From an uncultured Lentisphaerales bacterium (lineage in GTDB: Bacteria > Verrucomicrobiota > Lentisphaeria > JABSQK01 > UBA12247): 64,000 nt of DNA. The notes under the pieces were generated by a model. It was not told the DNA's origin, did not search any database, and saw only the letters and a list, made by a program, of their open reading frames with translations. A program made the position numbers and the translations under genes. Shown here piece after piece: positions 35,001 to 46,385 of this stretch (the first letter of the stretch is position 1; each line of letters opens with the position of its first letter). The stretch covers positions 32,001-96,000 of the forward strand of contig CALSSJ010000005.1 of NCBI GenBank assembly GCA_943788985.1, written 5' to 3'.

Positions 35001-38000
35001 CTATGATGTGCTCATTGAGGATGTCCTCGACGGTGCCTCCGGTTTCCTGTTGGTGGACAGCATTCTGAGCACCGGCATCAGCCCCGGAGTCGTGACCATC
35101 GTGCCTACAGGAGGAGAAGGAACCGGTACCTTGACTGGTACCTACAACATTCCGCTCGGTGGTTCCGTCACGATCGTGTTCACAGCCACCGTGCAGGATG
35201 GATTTACGCCCGGGCAGTCCTTCGACTCGGTCGCCACGCTTACCTGGAGCAGCTTGCCCGGGACCCCAGTCGGTGAACGTACCGGTGCAGGTGTACCTGA
35301 TCCCAACAACATTGACGACTATTTTGAGATCAGGACTGTATTCAGTGAGGGGGCCGAACCGGAAATCGGAGTCCTCGGCGGCGCGAACACCGGGCTGGCA
35401 CTGTTCGCAGGGCAGCAGACTGTCAGCCTTGCTGACAACACGGACTTTGGGCAGGTTCGGCGCGGTCAAGCGGGGCCTGTTCGATCCTATACCGTCCAGA
35501 ACCTCGGAGAAGGTCGCCTGGATACCACGCTTACCTTGCCAGCTGGCTATATGATCATTGATCCGTTGGCTGCGAACATCGCAGGCGGGGCCTCTGATGT
35601 CTTTACCATCCAGCTCGATTCTTCAGTCGCCGGCCAATTCAACGGCGACATCGTCATTGGCAACAACGATCTTGACGAGTCCCCTTTCCACTTTGCGGTT
35701 GCTGGGCTGGTTGTCGCCCCAAATATCACGGTGATCGGCAACGGCGAATCTATTGAAGATGGCTCGGTGGACTATTCGGTGGACGATCATACCGACTTTG
35801 GTGCGATTCGTCTGCACGAGACTCCGGTAACGCGTGTGTTCACGGTGCGCAACGATGGTGACGATCCACTCGCACTGGGGGCCGTAGGTGTGCCGCCGGG
35901 ATTCGAGCTACTCAGTGACCTGTCTGGCACGCTCCAGCCTGGCGGACTGACCACGTTCTCCGTGCGCGTGGACACGGGGAGCTTGGCCGAATACACCGGT
36001 ACAGTGACTTTCACCCATAGCGACGAGGATGAGAGTCCGTTCGACTTTGTCATTCATGGCCTGGTTTCGCAGCCGGAGATTGCAATCCTCGGTGGAGACA
36101 CTGGGCTGGAGCTGACGAGCGGTCAGCTCACGACTGCTGCTGCCGACGGCACCGATTTGGGGTTGGGCGTGCAGGAAGGTACCCGTGTATCTAGCATATT
36201 TACGATTCGAAACGATGGCGGTACGCCGCTTACGTTGGGCCCGTTCCCGGTTACGGCACCCTTTACCGTCACGACCACTCCGCCCCCATTCCTGGGGGCA
36301 GGTGAGACTGCCGAGTTGACCATTGAGCTAACAACTGATACGCCAGGCACCTATGGCGGCACCGTCACTGTCGCAAACGACGACCCAGACGAGAACCCCT
36401 TTACGTTCAGCGTAGCCGGTATTGTTGAGCCAGCGCCCTTTGTGTTCCTGAGCGTGGTCGGATCGCCAGTGTCTGAAAACCGCGGCACCGCGACCGTAAC
36501 TGCCAGCTTGTCGCAGGCAACTGGTGTAGCGGTAACCATCAACCTCAGCGTCGGCGGAACCGCGACCCCGGCGGACTACCTCATCACGGGCACCACAATC
36601 ATTGTCGAAGCTGGGCAAATCAGCAACAGCGTAGATATCGTGACTACGCGTGACACGGTCACCGATCCGGGTGAAACCGTGATCCTGGCGATCGATTCGA
36701 TGATGAATGGTCGTGAATCCTCACCGCAGCAGGTGACGATCACGATCACAGACGAGTTTCCTGCGGCTGTCACTTTGTATGTGGATCAAGGTGCCACAGG
36801 CAACAACACCGGTACCTCCTGGGCCAACGCATACCTCGAGCTGCAGTCTGCTCTAGACATCGCGCGTGCTGGTGACCAGATCTGGATGGCTGACGGCACA
36901 TACACGCCGGGCGCCACCCGCAGCGATAGCTTTGTGCTCATGGATGAGGTACGCATCCTCGGCGGTTTCGCAGGCAGCGAGAGTTCGCCAGATCAACGCA
37001 TCGCTGGCGCGCCCACCATTCTTTCTGGGGACATCGGCGCTCCGGGAGATTTCTCAGACAACGTCTATCACGTGGTGACAGCAACCGGCCCAGGGGATGA
37101 CTATATCTTGGACAGCCTCACGATTCGAGATGGGAATGCCAATGGTCCTGATTCAGCGGAGCAGATTGGCGGCGGTGTCTACCTTAATAACGCAAACCTC
37201 ACGATCACTAACTCTATCCTGACAGACTCGCGGGCTCTCGTCGACGGTGGTAATGGCTGGTTCGGTGCGCTGTCTCCTGTCCTGCTCAGCGACAGTACCG
37301 TCAGCAATGGTCAGGCCAACCGTGGTGCCGGTATTTTTGTCGCTGCAAATGTTCTGCGGGGCACCAATGTCACGTTCCTTGCCAACGTCGCTATTGGGGA
37401 TGGTGGCGGCCTCTATAACGGCAGTGGCACCGAACTGACCGGCGGTTCTTTCTCCGGCGACCAAGCAGCCAACGGCGGCGGAATTTTCACGGTGAACTCT
37501 GCGGCGACTCCGGATCTTTTGGTGGATGGCGTAAGCTTTTCTGGGACGTCCGTCAGTGGTGGTGGTGGCGGCATTTTCATTGCTGGCGGCACAGTCGTTG
37601 TCGATAACTCTAGCTTCGATGGCTGCTCCGCGGGCAGTGGGGCAGGGATCCAGACTAGTAGCGGTGTGCTGACGTTGATCCGCAGTTCCTTCACCAACGG
37701 CGGCGCGGTATCTGGCGGCGGTGTGCAGCTCTCAGGTGGCACTGCAACTCTCGATTCGATCTCCTTCGACGGCAACACCGCGACCCAAGGTGGCGCCTTG
37801 GCTCTGTCCGGCGGCAGCGCAACCATAAAGAACACGCTCATGACCAACAACACCGCTGCCAACGGTGGCGCGATCTATGCAGGGGCTACGCTGGCGGTCG
37901 ACAACGCAACTTTCGCTTCGAACTCAGCAACAGACAGCGGTGGTGCCCTCTACATTAGCGCCGGTAACACGACTGTCGAAAACAGCATTCTCTGGTCTAA

Positions 38001-41000
38001 TACTGGCACCGCTCCTGCCGCTACACTCGTAAGCGGCAGTCTCTCCTTCGCCTACAGCGCAGTTCAGGGCTCTGGAGGTTCCGGCTCTTGGGCGGGCCCC
38101 GGTACTGACCTCGGCGGAAACATCTCTGCGGACCCGCAGTTCATCGATGCTGCGAACGGGAATTATGAGCTTACTCCCGTGGGCCCGGCCGTCGATGCTG
38201 GTAACAACGCGCTGGTCCCGGCCGCGACACTGACCGACCTAGCGGGTGCTCCGCGCTTTGTCGACGACTTGAACACGCCTGATACCGGTGCTGGAAGCGC
38301 GCCGATTGTAGACATGGGCGCACTTGAAATGCCGCAGTCTCCATTGGCGTCCATTGGTGACTTTGTCTGGTTGGATGAGAATGCCGATGGCATTCAGCAG
38401 CCCGCCGAGTTTGGTGTGAAGGGGATTCCCCTAGATCTACTGAATAGTCTAGGGCAGGTGATCGACACGACCCTCTCAGGGAATGAGGGTGAGTACCTGT
38501 TCGAGGATCTAATCGCTGGGTCATACCAGGTCCGTGTGCAGAACAACGATCGCCCAATCTCCAATCCGGGTGAGGGCAGCGATGATGCTCTGGACAGTGA
38601 CTTTGACCTTGACACCGGTCTGAGCCCGTTCCTCGTCATCACGCCAGGGCTAGAACTGCACTCGGTGGACGTTGGGCTGCGGGTTGGGCCGATTCCGGTC
38701 GCTTGGCGCCTGCCACAAAATGTGAATATCGTTGATAACAGCTTGGACACCTTTGGCCATACACCGCCAGGCTGGGACGCCGGTGCCAACTCCCAGAGTT
38801 ACCTCCGCGGTGATGGCTACGCCCAGACGCTTGTTCAAGAGACCAATACGACCCGTGCCATTGGCCTGGGCCTCCCCAACCATATTCAAAGTCGGTCACA
38901 GATCCAGTATGCTGCCGTGCTCGACAGCACTGGTAAGTTCATCGTCTATGAAGGCACTGCCTTCCGCGGCGAGTTCGGTACGTATGAATCAGGAGATATT
39001 ATTCGTGTGCAAGTCGCTGGCCAGGTTGTTACCTACTGGGTAAACTCCGATCTGCGCTACACGTCCAACGTGCCTGTCGGAGTGCCTGAATTTGGCCTGG
39101 TGGTTGAGGCCGCATTCACATCGCCCAACGCGACACTGTTTGACGTGCGCCGTAGCGCGCCACAGCCGATTATCGACGAATACTTTGTCGAAGACGATGA
39201 TTCCAGTGATCCAAGCTTTTCTAACGGCGATACCCTTACCATCCAATTCAGCGGCAATACCAACAAGCCAGGCGGTGATGGGGTTCAGGACCGAACAGCA
39301 GTCGACCTCATGTTTGCGTTCAGTGAGCCGCTGGGGGCCAGCTACTCCGGGCAGTGGGTAACTGCAGATGCCTTCCGCATTACGATTCTGGACATTACAG
39401 GAGGCAGCATCAATCTCGGCAGCGCCACGGTCACCCCGACTGCAATCGTCCCCATCCTCGACGAGTCAGAAGGCTCCCGCCGTGCCCAGCACGAATCCGA
39501 TGCACTTACGGGAAGTTTTGGTTCGCGCGCCGGCATTCTCATGCCGATCGAGTGGGTTGAGTATGACCCCGAAATCGCGGTGAATGGCACGGATATCACG
39601 CGGACAGATGACACTCGCAAGGGGTTCATCGAAGCACTCTCCGCGCATTGGATGCCGGGCCCGCAGACATTCGTAGAGACCACAGTTCTGCAGATGGACG
39701 AAACACGGGCTCTGGGATTGAACTCAAGTAATTCGCTAGGCTCTGCCCTGAACGACATCGATTACGCTCTGTACCTTCGACCGGCTAACGGTGAGTACCG
39801 CCTGATGAAGCGCAGCACTGTCGAATACATTAGCACCTACTTCCCGGGAGATCGGTTCCGGCTTGAAACGGATGGAGATACCATCTCTCTAATTCAGAAC
39901 GGTGTGTTTCAGCACAGCTTCACCGATGACGTCACCTACCCGCTGTTCGTCGATGGCGTGCTGTTGGAAACCGGGGCGACTATTGCGGACGTCACCATGA
40001 TGCCCGTAGCTCCCAATATCATACAGGTTTTGTGCTCGGATCCGGATGAGTCTTCCCCTGCTGTCGACGTGGGTGATCTCATCACGATTTCCTTCGACGG
40101 CGACACCAATCAGGTCCTCGGCCCCGGCACCCTCAGCAAAGACCAGGTGGACTCGATCCTGACGAGTTCTGCCGTTCTTGGTGCTGACTACACCGGCCAG
40201 TGGCTCGACGGCAAGAACCTACAAATCACAGTGACCAACGCCTCTGGCAGCACGGTGGCCTTGGGCACCGTGTTTACGCCAACCGGTCTTCCGCCTATCA
40301 CCCATGAAGCAGGTTCGCCAGCGTCGCTGGTCTCTGGCGCGCTGATTGGAAATTTCGGCCTGCAGTATCCGCTGGGGATTCCTGTAACTTGGCAGAGCCC
40401 GATCAATGTGGAAGTTGACGGGACCACTCTCGTCAAGACCTCCGCCAACAACAACTTCGATGCCGGAGCCACCGGTACACAGTTGTTTACGCAGGGAAAT
40501 CACTTTGTTTCCGCCACAATCAACGACGCCACGCAGATGCGCGCTATTGGCTTTGGTGATGCCACAGACTCCGGTGCTGCCATCACTGACATTCTTTGGG
40601 GCCTGCGCGTTCGTAGTGATTTCGGGGCGATCGTCGAGAATGGCCTGATCGTCGGTAACATCGGTGCAGTCGCCGATGGCGCGGTGATCAAGGTCGAGAT
40701 TCGCGGCAGTCAGGTGATCTACGTGGTGGATGGTGTGGACCGAGGCGTTTCACCGACCGCGATCGGCGCCGGAGACTTTCCATTGCGTGTTGAATCCTCG
40801 CTGCAGGCTTTTGCCGCCACCTTGATCGATGTCCGTCGCAGCCTAGTCAACGGCTCTCGTACGACATCTTCCGACAGCGCGGTCAGCTTTGCTGGGCAAG
40901 GAGCGGTTGCGAACTCCGCAAATGTTTACTACCTGCCGTTGCAACCAGGCTGGAACCTAGTTTCGTTGCCACTGGAGCCTGCCGTTTCCACAGCAAGCGA

Positions 41001-41349
41001 GTTGTTTGCGAACTCCGCAATCAGCGGCGCTGTCTTCTCTGTGGCCGAGGATGGCAGTTACGTGCCAGCAGAGGACATTGCTGGCGGCGAAGGCTATTGG
41101 GTGTTTGTCGGTGGCGAGAGCCCAGTGGTAGTTACAGTTGATGGCGCACCGTTTGCGCTCTCTAGCTTCGTCGACGGCTGGAATCTTAAAGGCGTGCCTT
41201 ATGAGACAGCGGTGCCGGCATCACTGCAGGTGGATGCGATCCATTCGTTCGAAGCCGGTCGCTATTACGAGCACGCGGCAGAGAGCATTCTCACGATTGG
41301 TCTAGGGTATTGGATCTTTACGCCGGAGGGTGGCCAGGTCGTTTGGTAG
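29098..41349 (+). CDS. Giant (~4080 aa) surface adhesin: FG-GAP repeats, fimbrial isopeptide/DUF11-like repeats, Ig-like and Calx-beta-like domains, beta-helix, SdrD-B-like domain, C-terminal GWNL module
   Basis: Signal peptide, GDFNGDG..DL..GA..AD repeats, repeated DAGD...Y...I.H / W.SL.G...ERTG units, GGA/GGG beta-helix repeats and IGDFVWLDENADGIQ. Start assumed at ATG 29098. Confidence 0.88.
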   Translation: MFRFIRPLLVMLAAGSLSAQQADLSLGSTSLLGAASGDNLGADGAVAVGDFNGDGAVDLAIASPGADAPGGTRPDAGSVAIVFGGAAFPAVTDLAGTFGAVADVLIYGAGAFDRLGSDGGLLFADLNGDGRDELVITASEADGPGNGRPGCGEVYIIAGQVAPPVTIDLAVDPQVTTVYGAEPDDRIGIHGALAAGDWNDQGPVDLAIGAYLADGPGNSRNAAGEVYILFGRVAFDWPASLDLATQASMRIAGHRAGDSLSRDGALVSGDLNHDGVADLVVGAEHADGPDERRQQAGHVYVLYGSASWGGLYDLAATPADVTIHGANAGDNLSDGNAILVGDFDGDGVGPDSGHDLIIGASFSDGLWEGRSDSGAIFFLRGGSLAPVIDLDLNQADVVIYGADAGDRLSGDGSMLLADFDGDGILDLAMAAIFGDGPGEDRPEAGEAYVIRGGPGLPWLLDLAVGDADSVVYGADAGDFVGRGNGIGAGDFNNDGFADLILVGFGADGPGELRDSAGEAYILRGNVLLPPARDLRRHEEDFIVYGASAGDTLGIDGSVIAGDFNGDDFDDLLIGAPFADGPGGRSGSGQAGLISGSEFPPAIKVTNGPLPTEVRIGETHTFSFDIFSKDGQLADFVITDLIPDGFQFVPGTFAISTSNAGISIDYVDEATNLTDAPGLLTIEVGINNTADGDFTNDLFAISFDVLIANDAVNQNEDVRSNVINAHNGLFAAFVAHDITIIEPVLQILKSVIEPDPLSDLDAGDPLTYELTIQHAPASLSNAYEVQVDDVLVNATDVMLVTQIRSVTNNGAAIILDFGIGGNQQSINGLFDLPLDASIVLVYDAVIQNSVAPGQAIPNAAHMTWSSLAGFQPNERTGTMVGANDHVASAQVYLEITDRPHVDHLFAPASLTIGEVGRMQLRIDLIEGITANTVVTNDLPTGFAYLPDSVDVTVPGPPQLEQTVVSINGTELTIDLGTVTNVSDNDSSNDYLLVDFDIQVLNHPSNENGAQRSNIARVASGGLLNEQIQDIKILEPLLDVTGEILFPKPAADVDAGDLIQYRVVIEHTADSSSDAFDVSFASLLNAAGPELTVETVQSFTASAGVIILAPLSVAVDDTSLSASFDLPLGESVEVIFDVLVSGVIAPGQSLLNEATADWVSLKDSPPQSRDGSDGVGGLNDYVAMATPTINVEPLMQPVVQAAPGTLRIGETGHFYVRVWLIEGPTDPLVVTHQFTDQTFVPGTLSIAYGTSGIVSDYQNEQTSASSATNSLSVLFGRVVNPPDNDPSNDYIDLEYDAVLDNAPGNQNGVDRISTIIATDTVIQQQADTTVRVLEPVLELAAIVTPDPGTVDAGDVITFQATISHTVGSGSDAHEVVLAANVDTRIGRMAVTNIVNTIVTGGATVTVPTDIDLDTYGLTGLYEIPVGGAIEVTFQAVVNENVKPADLLTSSSVATWTSLPGTVTGERTGDDSGGVDDHFLEASIVTPVRDELNAEFASIPDGISIGEVVTIETSALPIEGVIPNGSVEIDIPDGLTFQPGSITVTPAFAAPIVPFDEGTVGINGNTLTIPLGPLFNPGDNNVANDRITIGLDVVAVNLPANQDGRALTVAARTFLDGALRGQLSHDILVTEPELEAVIQTIGAPDAPDAADIIGYEVIVRHATSSTAAAFDADLLVTVDPTLGRLVATQITSITPEGDATIDTQPVIGGSGSILQGSFDIPLGGQIAIRYDAVIQQSVARADALQTDAALDWSSLNSAPPGERTGDDGEVGLNDYVSSSQHILTASGLPRIDHINPPLTGLVGQILHYELRIDVMEGNTPAVELRNILPTALAFQPGSLEVQTGSLGLLTGYVDEAQHLSLTGQDLFVNLGNVSNNADNNPNNDFITVEWDVIVLNNIFNDDGTEKTNIAAAHVETVLIDVDEFENLVIIEPDLTLTHTKLSPASNIKLNNGTAVTYELEIKHTADSKNSAYDVLIEDVLDGASGFLLVDSILSTGISPGVVTIVPTGGEGTGTLTGTYNIPLGGSVTIVFTATVQDGFTPGQSFDSVATLTWSSLPGTPVGERTGAGVPDPNNIDDYFEIRTVFSEGAEPEIGVLGGANTGLALFAGQQTVSLADNTDFGQVRRGQAGPVRSYTVQNLGEGRLDTTLTLPAGYMIIDPLAANIAGGASDVFTIQLDSSVAGQFNGDIVIGNNDLDESPFHFAVAGLVVAPNITVIGNGESIEDGSVDYSVDDHTDFGAIRLHETPVTRVFTVRNDGDDPLALGAVGVPPGFELLSDLSGTLQPGGLTTFSVRVDTGSLAEYTGTVTFTHSDEDESPFDFVIHGLVSQPEIAILGGDTGLELTSGQLTTAAADGTDLGLGVQEGTRVSSIFTIRNDGGTPLTLGPFPVTAPFTVTTTPPPFLGAGETAELTIELTTDTPGTYGGTVTVANDDPDENPFTFSVAGIVEPAPFVFLSVVGSPVSENRGTATVTASLSQATGVAVTINLSVGGTATPADYLITGTTIIVEAGQISNSVDIVTTRDTVTDPGETVILAIDSMMNGRESSPQQVTITITDEFPAAVTLYVDQGATGNNTGTSWANAYLELQSALDIARAGDQIWMADGTYTPGATRSDSFVLMDEVRILGGFAGSESSPDQRIAGAPTILSGDIGAPGDFSDNVYHVVTATGPGDDYILDSLTIRDGNANGPDSAEQIGGGVYLNNANLTITNSILTDSRALVDGGNGWFGALSPVLLSDSTVSNGQANRGAGIFVAANVLRGTNVTFLANVAIGDGGGLYNGSGTELTGGSFSGDQAANGGGIFTVNSAATPDLLVDGVSFSGTSVSGGGGGIFIAGGTVVVDNSSFDGCSAGSGAGIQTSSGVLTLIRSSFTNGGAVSGGGVQLSGGTATLDSISFDGNTATQGGALALSGGSATIKNTLMTNNTAANGGAIYAGATLAVDNATFASNSATDSGGALYISAGNTTVENSILWSNTGTAPAATLVSGSLSFAYSAVQGSGGSGSWAGPGTDLGGNISADPQFIDAANGNYELTPVGPAVDAGNNALVPAATLTDLAGAPRFVDDLNTPDTGAGSAPIVDMGALEMPQSPLASIGDFVWLDENADGIQQPAEFGVKGIPLDLLNSLGQVIDTTLSGNEGEYLFEDLIAGSYQVRVQNNDRPISNPGEGSDDALDSDFDLDTGLSPFLVITPGLELHSVDVGLRVGPIPVAWRLPQNVNIVDNSLDTFGHTPPGWDAGANSQSYLRGDGYAQTLVQETNTTRAIGLGLPNHIQSRSQIQYAAVLDSTGKFIVYEGTAFRGEFGTYESGDIIRVQVAGQVVTYWVNSDLRYTSNVPVGVPEFGLVVEAAFTSPNATLFDVRRSAPQPIIDEYFVEDDDSSDPSFSNGDTLTIQFSGNTNKPGGDGVQDRTAVDLMFAFSEPLGASYSGQWVTADAFRITILDITGGSINLGSATVTPTAIVPILDESEGSRRAQHESDALTGSFGSRAGILMPIEWVEYDPEIAVNGTDITRTDDTRKGFIEALSAHWMPGPQTFVETTVLQMDETRALGLNSSNSLGSALNDIDYALYLRPANGEYRLMKRSTVEYISTYFPGDRFRLETDGDTISLIQNGVFQHSFTDDVTYPLFVDGVLLETGATIADVTMMPVAPNIIQVLCSDPDESSPAVDVGDLITISFDGDTNQVLGPGTLSKDQVDSILTSSAVLGADYTGQWLDGKNLQITVTNASGSTVALGTVFTPTGLPPITHEAGSPASLVSGALIGNFGLQYPLGIPVTWQSPINVEVDGTTLVKTSANNNFDAGATGTQLFTQGNHFVSATINDATQMRAIGFGDATDSGAAITDILWGLRVRSDFGAIVENGLIVGNIGAVADGAVIKVEIRGSQVIYVVDGVDRGVSPTAIGAGDFPLRVESSLQAFAATLIDVRRSLVNGSRTTSSDSAVSFAGQGAVANSANVYYLPLQPGWNLVSLPLEPAVSTASELFANSAISGAVFSVAEDGSYVPAEDIAGGEGYWVFVGGESPVVVTVDGAPFALSSFVDGWNLKGVPYETAVPASLQVDAIHSFEAGRYYEHAAESILTIGLGYWIFTPEGGQVVW

Positions 41350-41397
41350 GCTGGCACTCCGCCGAAAAGCAGATAGCTGTGCGAGGCCGCTCACCGA

Positions 41398-42901
41398 ATG
41401 TTTGAGATTAAGCTGGATCGACACGCACCGCCTGTATTTGCGCTGTTTGTCGTAGCCTTCGTTTACGTCTCCGTGCCCCTAGTCCGATCAGATCTCTGGT
41501 TTGACGAGATTGTGACCCTATTCGATTGGGTGCTCCACGACGATTGGCAACGAATCTTTCGCAACTACCCGGTCGCGAATAACCACATCCTGTACTCCGC
41601 GATGCTGTGGGCGTGGATGCACTTGTTTGCCGGTAACCCCAATGCACTCACAGAGTCGGTGCTGCGCGTGCCCTCTCTGCTGTGCGCGCTGGTCGGGTTG
41701 CTAATCTGCTACCGCAGAATCTCCGCCCTCTATGGTCACAGTCGGGGGCTGGTTTTGGGTTGCATGCTCTGCACCAGCCCAATTCTGCTGACGTTCGCGA
41801 CCCAAATGCGAGGCTACGGTCTCACTTTTGCCCTGTCTGCTGCTGCAACCTGCGGCATTCTCGACATTTATCATGGGAATCATCGCCGTGGCGTAATGAT
41901 GGCCTGTCCCGCCTTGATCCTGTTACCGATGGCAATCCCGTCCAACTTATTGCTCAACGCCGGGCTCGTGGTCTTCCTGCTTCTGAGTTGGCAACAGATG
42001 CAGCGCAAGAGCATTTTGGTACTGCTTTTGGTCGTGGTTTGTGCCGGTCTCGGTGCCCTCGTCTACCTGCCAGTTCATGAGCAATTCCTCGCCGTGGTAC
42101 AGAAGACCGGAAACTTTGGCTCCTCGACAAAGCTCCTTGGTCATTTGGCACTGGCGGCCATCGCGCATTGCGGCCTCCTGGCCGCATGCGTACTGATCCT
42201 GCGCCGGGGGCGCGCGCGTGCTGAGGGTGACTCCTCCTGCCAGCATCTGCTGATGCTGGGTGCGTGCTGCCTGGTCCCGTTTCTTGCGCTCGCAATCGTG
42301 AAGGCGCCCTTTCCCCGTGTCTCTCTGATGTATCTTGTTCCCTTCTCGCTCGCCTTCCTGCCATTGGTGCCTAAAAATCTGCTGGACGATGGCCGAGATC
42401 TGCTCTACGTCCTTTTCTTCCTCATTACCAATGCCGTGCTGGTATCGGCGGTATCCCATAACGCGCGAGAGGTCGCGCTTGTTGAGGGAAAGTACCCGCA
42501 GGATTTGCTTACACAGTACTATCATGGGAGTAGGGATGTGTCGTCAGTGGCCCGTCTGCTCGCGCATCTCGAGGTCACGCCTCCTCATTCTGTGATCTAC
42601 TGTGATATCCACCTCTTCCCTGCGCTACGCTACTACTGGGTGGTCGCCGGGCGCAACGCCGCGCAGCTTCAGTGTCTGGACGGGGGCCGCCTGTTTCCGC
42701 TACGCGTTAATCCAAACGAGTTACGATTCCGGCCGCAGATCTTAATAGGCTACAGCGGCGCACAGGCTGCAAACCAGTACCTAAACAACACGGGTATCCA
42801 TGTTCGGCTGCAGGAGACGCTAACGGTGGCTGGACGGGACCTCGGGATCTTCCTCGCGTTCCCGATGCCGGATCGAGAGGACTTGATGCCAAAGAGGAAA
42901 A

Positions 42902-42915
<14 letters not shown>
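41398..42915 (+). CDS. GT-C fold membrane glycosyltransferase (PMT/ArnT-like)
   Basis: LWFDE motif after the first TM, LRVPS and QMRGY motifs, many TM helices. Confidence 0.7.
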
Positions 42916-44070
<1,155 letters not shown>

Positions 44071-44074
<4 letters not shown>

Positions 44075-44960
44075 AAGGTATTGTCCTTGCCGGCGGCCTC
44101 GGCACACGGCTTTTTCCGCTGACTCGCGTGATGAGTAAGCAACTGTTGCCGGTTTACGACAAGCCGATGATCTACTATCCCTTGTCGACGCTGATGCTGG
44201 CCGGCATCCGCGATATCCTGGTGATCACAACGCCACAGGATGCGCCGGCGTTTGAAGCGTTGCTGGGACATGCATCGGCATGGGGTATCAACCTGAGCTT
44301 TGCCCGGCAGCCTCGTCCGGATGGCCTGGCCCAGGCCTTTCTGATCGGGGAGGAGTTTATCGATGGCAATGGCTGCGCTCTCGTCCTCGGCGACAACATC
44401 TTCTACGGCCACGGGCTGAGCGTGATCCTGCTGCCGGACTGCTGACGGCGCGATGGCGATGGCGCCACCGTCTTCGGCCATGCATGTGCCCTGATCCCGA
44501 GCGTTACGGCGTGGTTGCCTTTGATGAGTGGTGGCCGCGGCTGTCATCGCATCGAAGAGAAGCCAGTGGCAAGCCGAAGTCCCACTATGCCGTGACGGGG
44601 CTTTACTTCTACGACAACCAGGTGGTCGACATTGCCAAGGCTGTGAAACCATCACCGCGCGGCGAGCTGGAGATCACCGATGTGAACCGGAAGTACATGG
44701 AATGGAATGAGCTGGATGTTGTGAGGCTGTCCCGTGGCATGGCCTGGTTGGATACCGGTACCCCGGCATCCTTGCACGACGCATCCGCCTTTATCGAGAC
44801 CATTGAGCGCAGACAAGGGCTTAAGATCTCCTGTATCGAAGAGATTGCGTACCGCATGGGCTTTATTGACTTGGAGCAGCTTGCGAAGGTTGCAGAGCCA
44901 CTTGCCAAGAGCGACTACGGGCATTACCTGCTGGAAATCATTCGCACCGAATCATGCTAA
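44071..44960 (+). CDS. rmlA: Glucose-1-phosphate thymidylyltransferase, frameshifted around 44430-44570
   Basis: [38 protein letters not shown], then [17 protein letters not shown] and WLDTGT in a second frame. Confidence 0.9.
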
Positions 44961-45511
44961 TCGAAGAGACCTCTCTCCCTGGCGTACTACACCTGACGCC
45001 GCGTGTGTTTGGCGATGACCGTGGTTATTTCGTCGAGACCTATTCGCAGAGCAAGCTGGCTGCCGCCGGCATGGATGCCACGTTCGTGCAGGATAATGAA
45101 TCCAGTTCGCAGCCGGGCGTGGTACGCGGCCTGCACTACCAACACCCGAATGATCAAGGCAAACTCGTGCGTGTGATCAGCGGTGCCATTTTAGATGTGG
45201 CCGTGGACATCCGGCCTGGCTCGCCGACCTTCGGGCAGTGGCTCGGTTACGAGCTATCCGGGACGAACAAGCAGCAGCTTTGGGTGCCGCCCGGCTTCGC
45301 CCACGGCTTTTCGGTGCTTGGCGACGAGAGCGCCGTGATCGCCTATAAATGTACTGCTTTTTACGCACCGGACTGCGAGCACACCATCGCCTGGGATGAT
45401 CCCCAGCTTGGTGTGGACTGGCGGGTGAAAACGCCGATCCTGTCGGACAAGGACCAGTCAGGGATCTGCCTGCGCGATTTACCAAAGAGTGATCTCCCCC
45501 CCTATGGCTGA
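44954..45511 (+). CDS. rmlC: dTDP-4-dehydrorhamnose 3,5-epimerase
   Basis: [28 protein letters not shown] and GFAHGF motifs. Confidence 0.95.
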   Translation: MLIEETSLPGVLHLTPRVFGDDRGYFVETYSQSKLAAAGMDATFVQDNESSSQPGVVRGLHYQHPNDQGKLVRVISGAILDVAVDIRPGSPTFGQWLGYELSGTNKQQLWVPPGFAHGFSVLGDESAVIAYKCTAFYAPDCEHTIAWDDPQLGVDWRVKTPILSDKDQSGICLRDLPKSDLPPYG

Positions 45512-46385
45512 GATTCTGCTGACCGGCGCCAACGGGCAACTCGGCTGGGAGCTGCGCCGCCTCATGACTGCAGACCAGTGCGTGGCATTTACATCCGCGG
45601 AGCTGGACATTACGGACGAGGCTGCGGTCGCCGCCATGGTCGCCGCCGTGGCACCTCGCGTGATTATAAACGCAGCGGCATACACAAACGTGGACGGGGC
45701 GGAGTCTGATGCAGAGGCCGCTAAACGCGTAAATACGAACGGGCCAGAGTATCTCGCCTGTGCCGCCGCGCGCATCAATGCCTTGCTCATTCACGTCTCC
45801 ACAGACTTCGTGTTCAACGGCGATGGCATCAGGCCGCTGCGCCCAGACGATCCGGTCGCCCCTCAGGGCGTATACGCGAGGACCAAACTGGACGGTGAGC
45901 GCCGCGTCCGTGAGTCCGGCGCGCGCTATGTCATTCTGCGTACGGCTTGGGTCTACAGCACACATGGTCGAAACTTCGTCAAGACCATGCTGCGCCTTGG
46001 CGCTGAGCGGGAGCAGCTGCGCGTGGTGGCTGATCAGCTAGGCTCGCCCACCTATGCCGCGGATCTAGCAGCAGCAATCCTGGGCGTTGCGGAGTTCGCA
46101 AATCCGCCATCAGGCGTCTGGCACTGCACCAATTCTGGGCAGGCCAGCTGGTGCGAGTTTGCCCAGGAGATCATACGGCTAGGCGGCAAGCAGCAGCCAC
46201 TAAAGGTGCGCTCGGTCGAGCCAATCTCCAGCTCGGCCTATCCGACTCCAGCAGTTCGTCCCACATATTCTGTCCTGGACTGTGCCAGCCTGGCAGCAGA
46301 TTTTGGGGTAATCATGAGACCATGGCAGGAAGCTCTCGAGGCAGCGTTCTCTTGTCAGGATGAGCCGTTTGCGAACTCGGCATAG
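45504..46385 (+). CDS. rmlD: dTDP-4-dehydrorhamnose reductase
   Basis: TGANGQLG, NAAAYTNVD.AE, STDFVF, YARTK and DQLGSPT motifs. Confidence 0.95.
   Translation: MAEILLTGANGQLGWELRRLMTADQCVAFTSAELDITDEAAVAAMVAAVAPRVIINAAAYTNVDGAESDAEAAKRVNTNGPEYLACAAARINALLIHVSTDFVFNGDGIRPLRPDDPVAPQGVYARTKLDGERRVRESGARYVILRTAWVYSTHGRNFVKTMLRLGAEREQLRVVADQLGSPTYAADLAAAILGVAEFANPPSGVWHCTNSGQASWCEFAQEIIRLGGKQQPLKVRSVEPISSSAYPTPAVRPTYSVLDCASLAADFGVIMRPWQEALEAAFSCQDEPFANSA

Noticed and set aside
13360..40691. Numerous long antisense and alternate-frame ORFs over the giant genes
   Set aside because: Shadow ORFs expected from high GC and codon bias; they carry no protein motifs.
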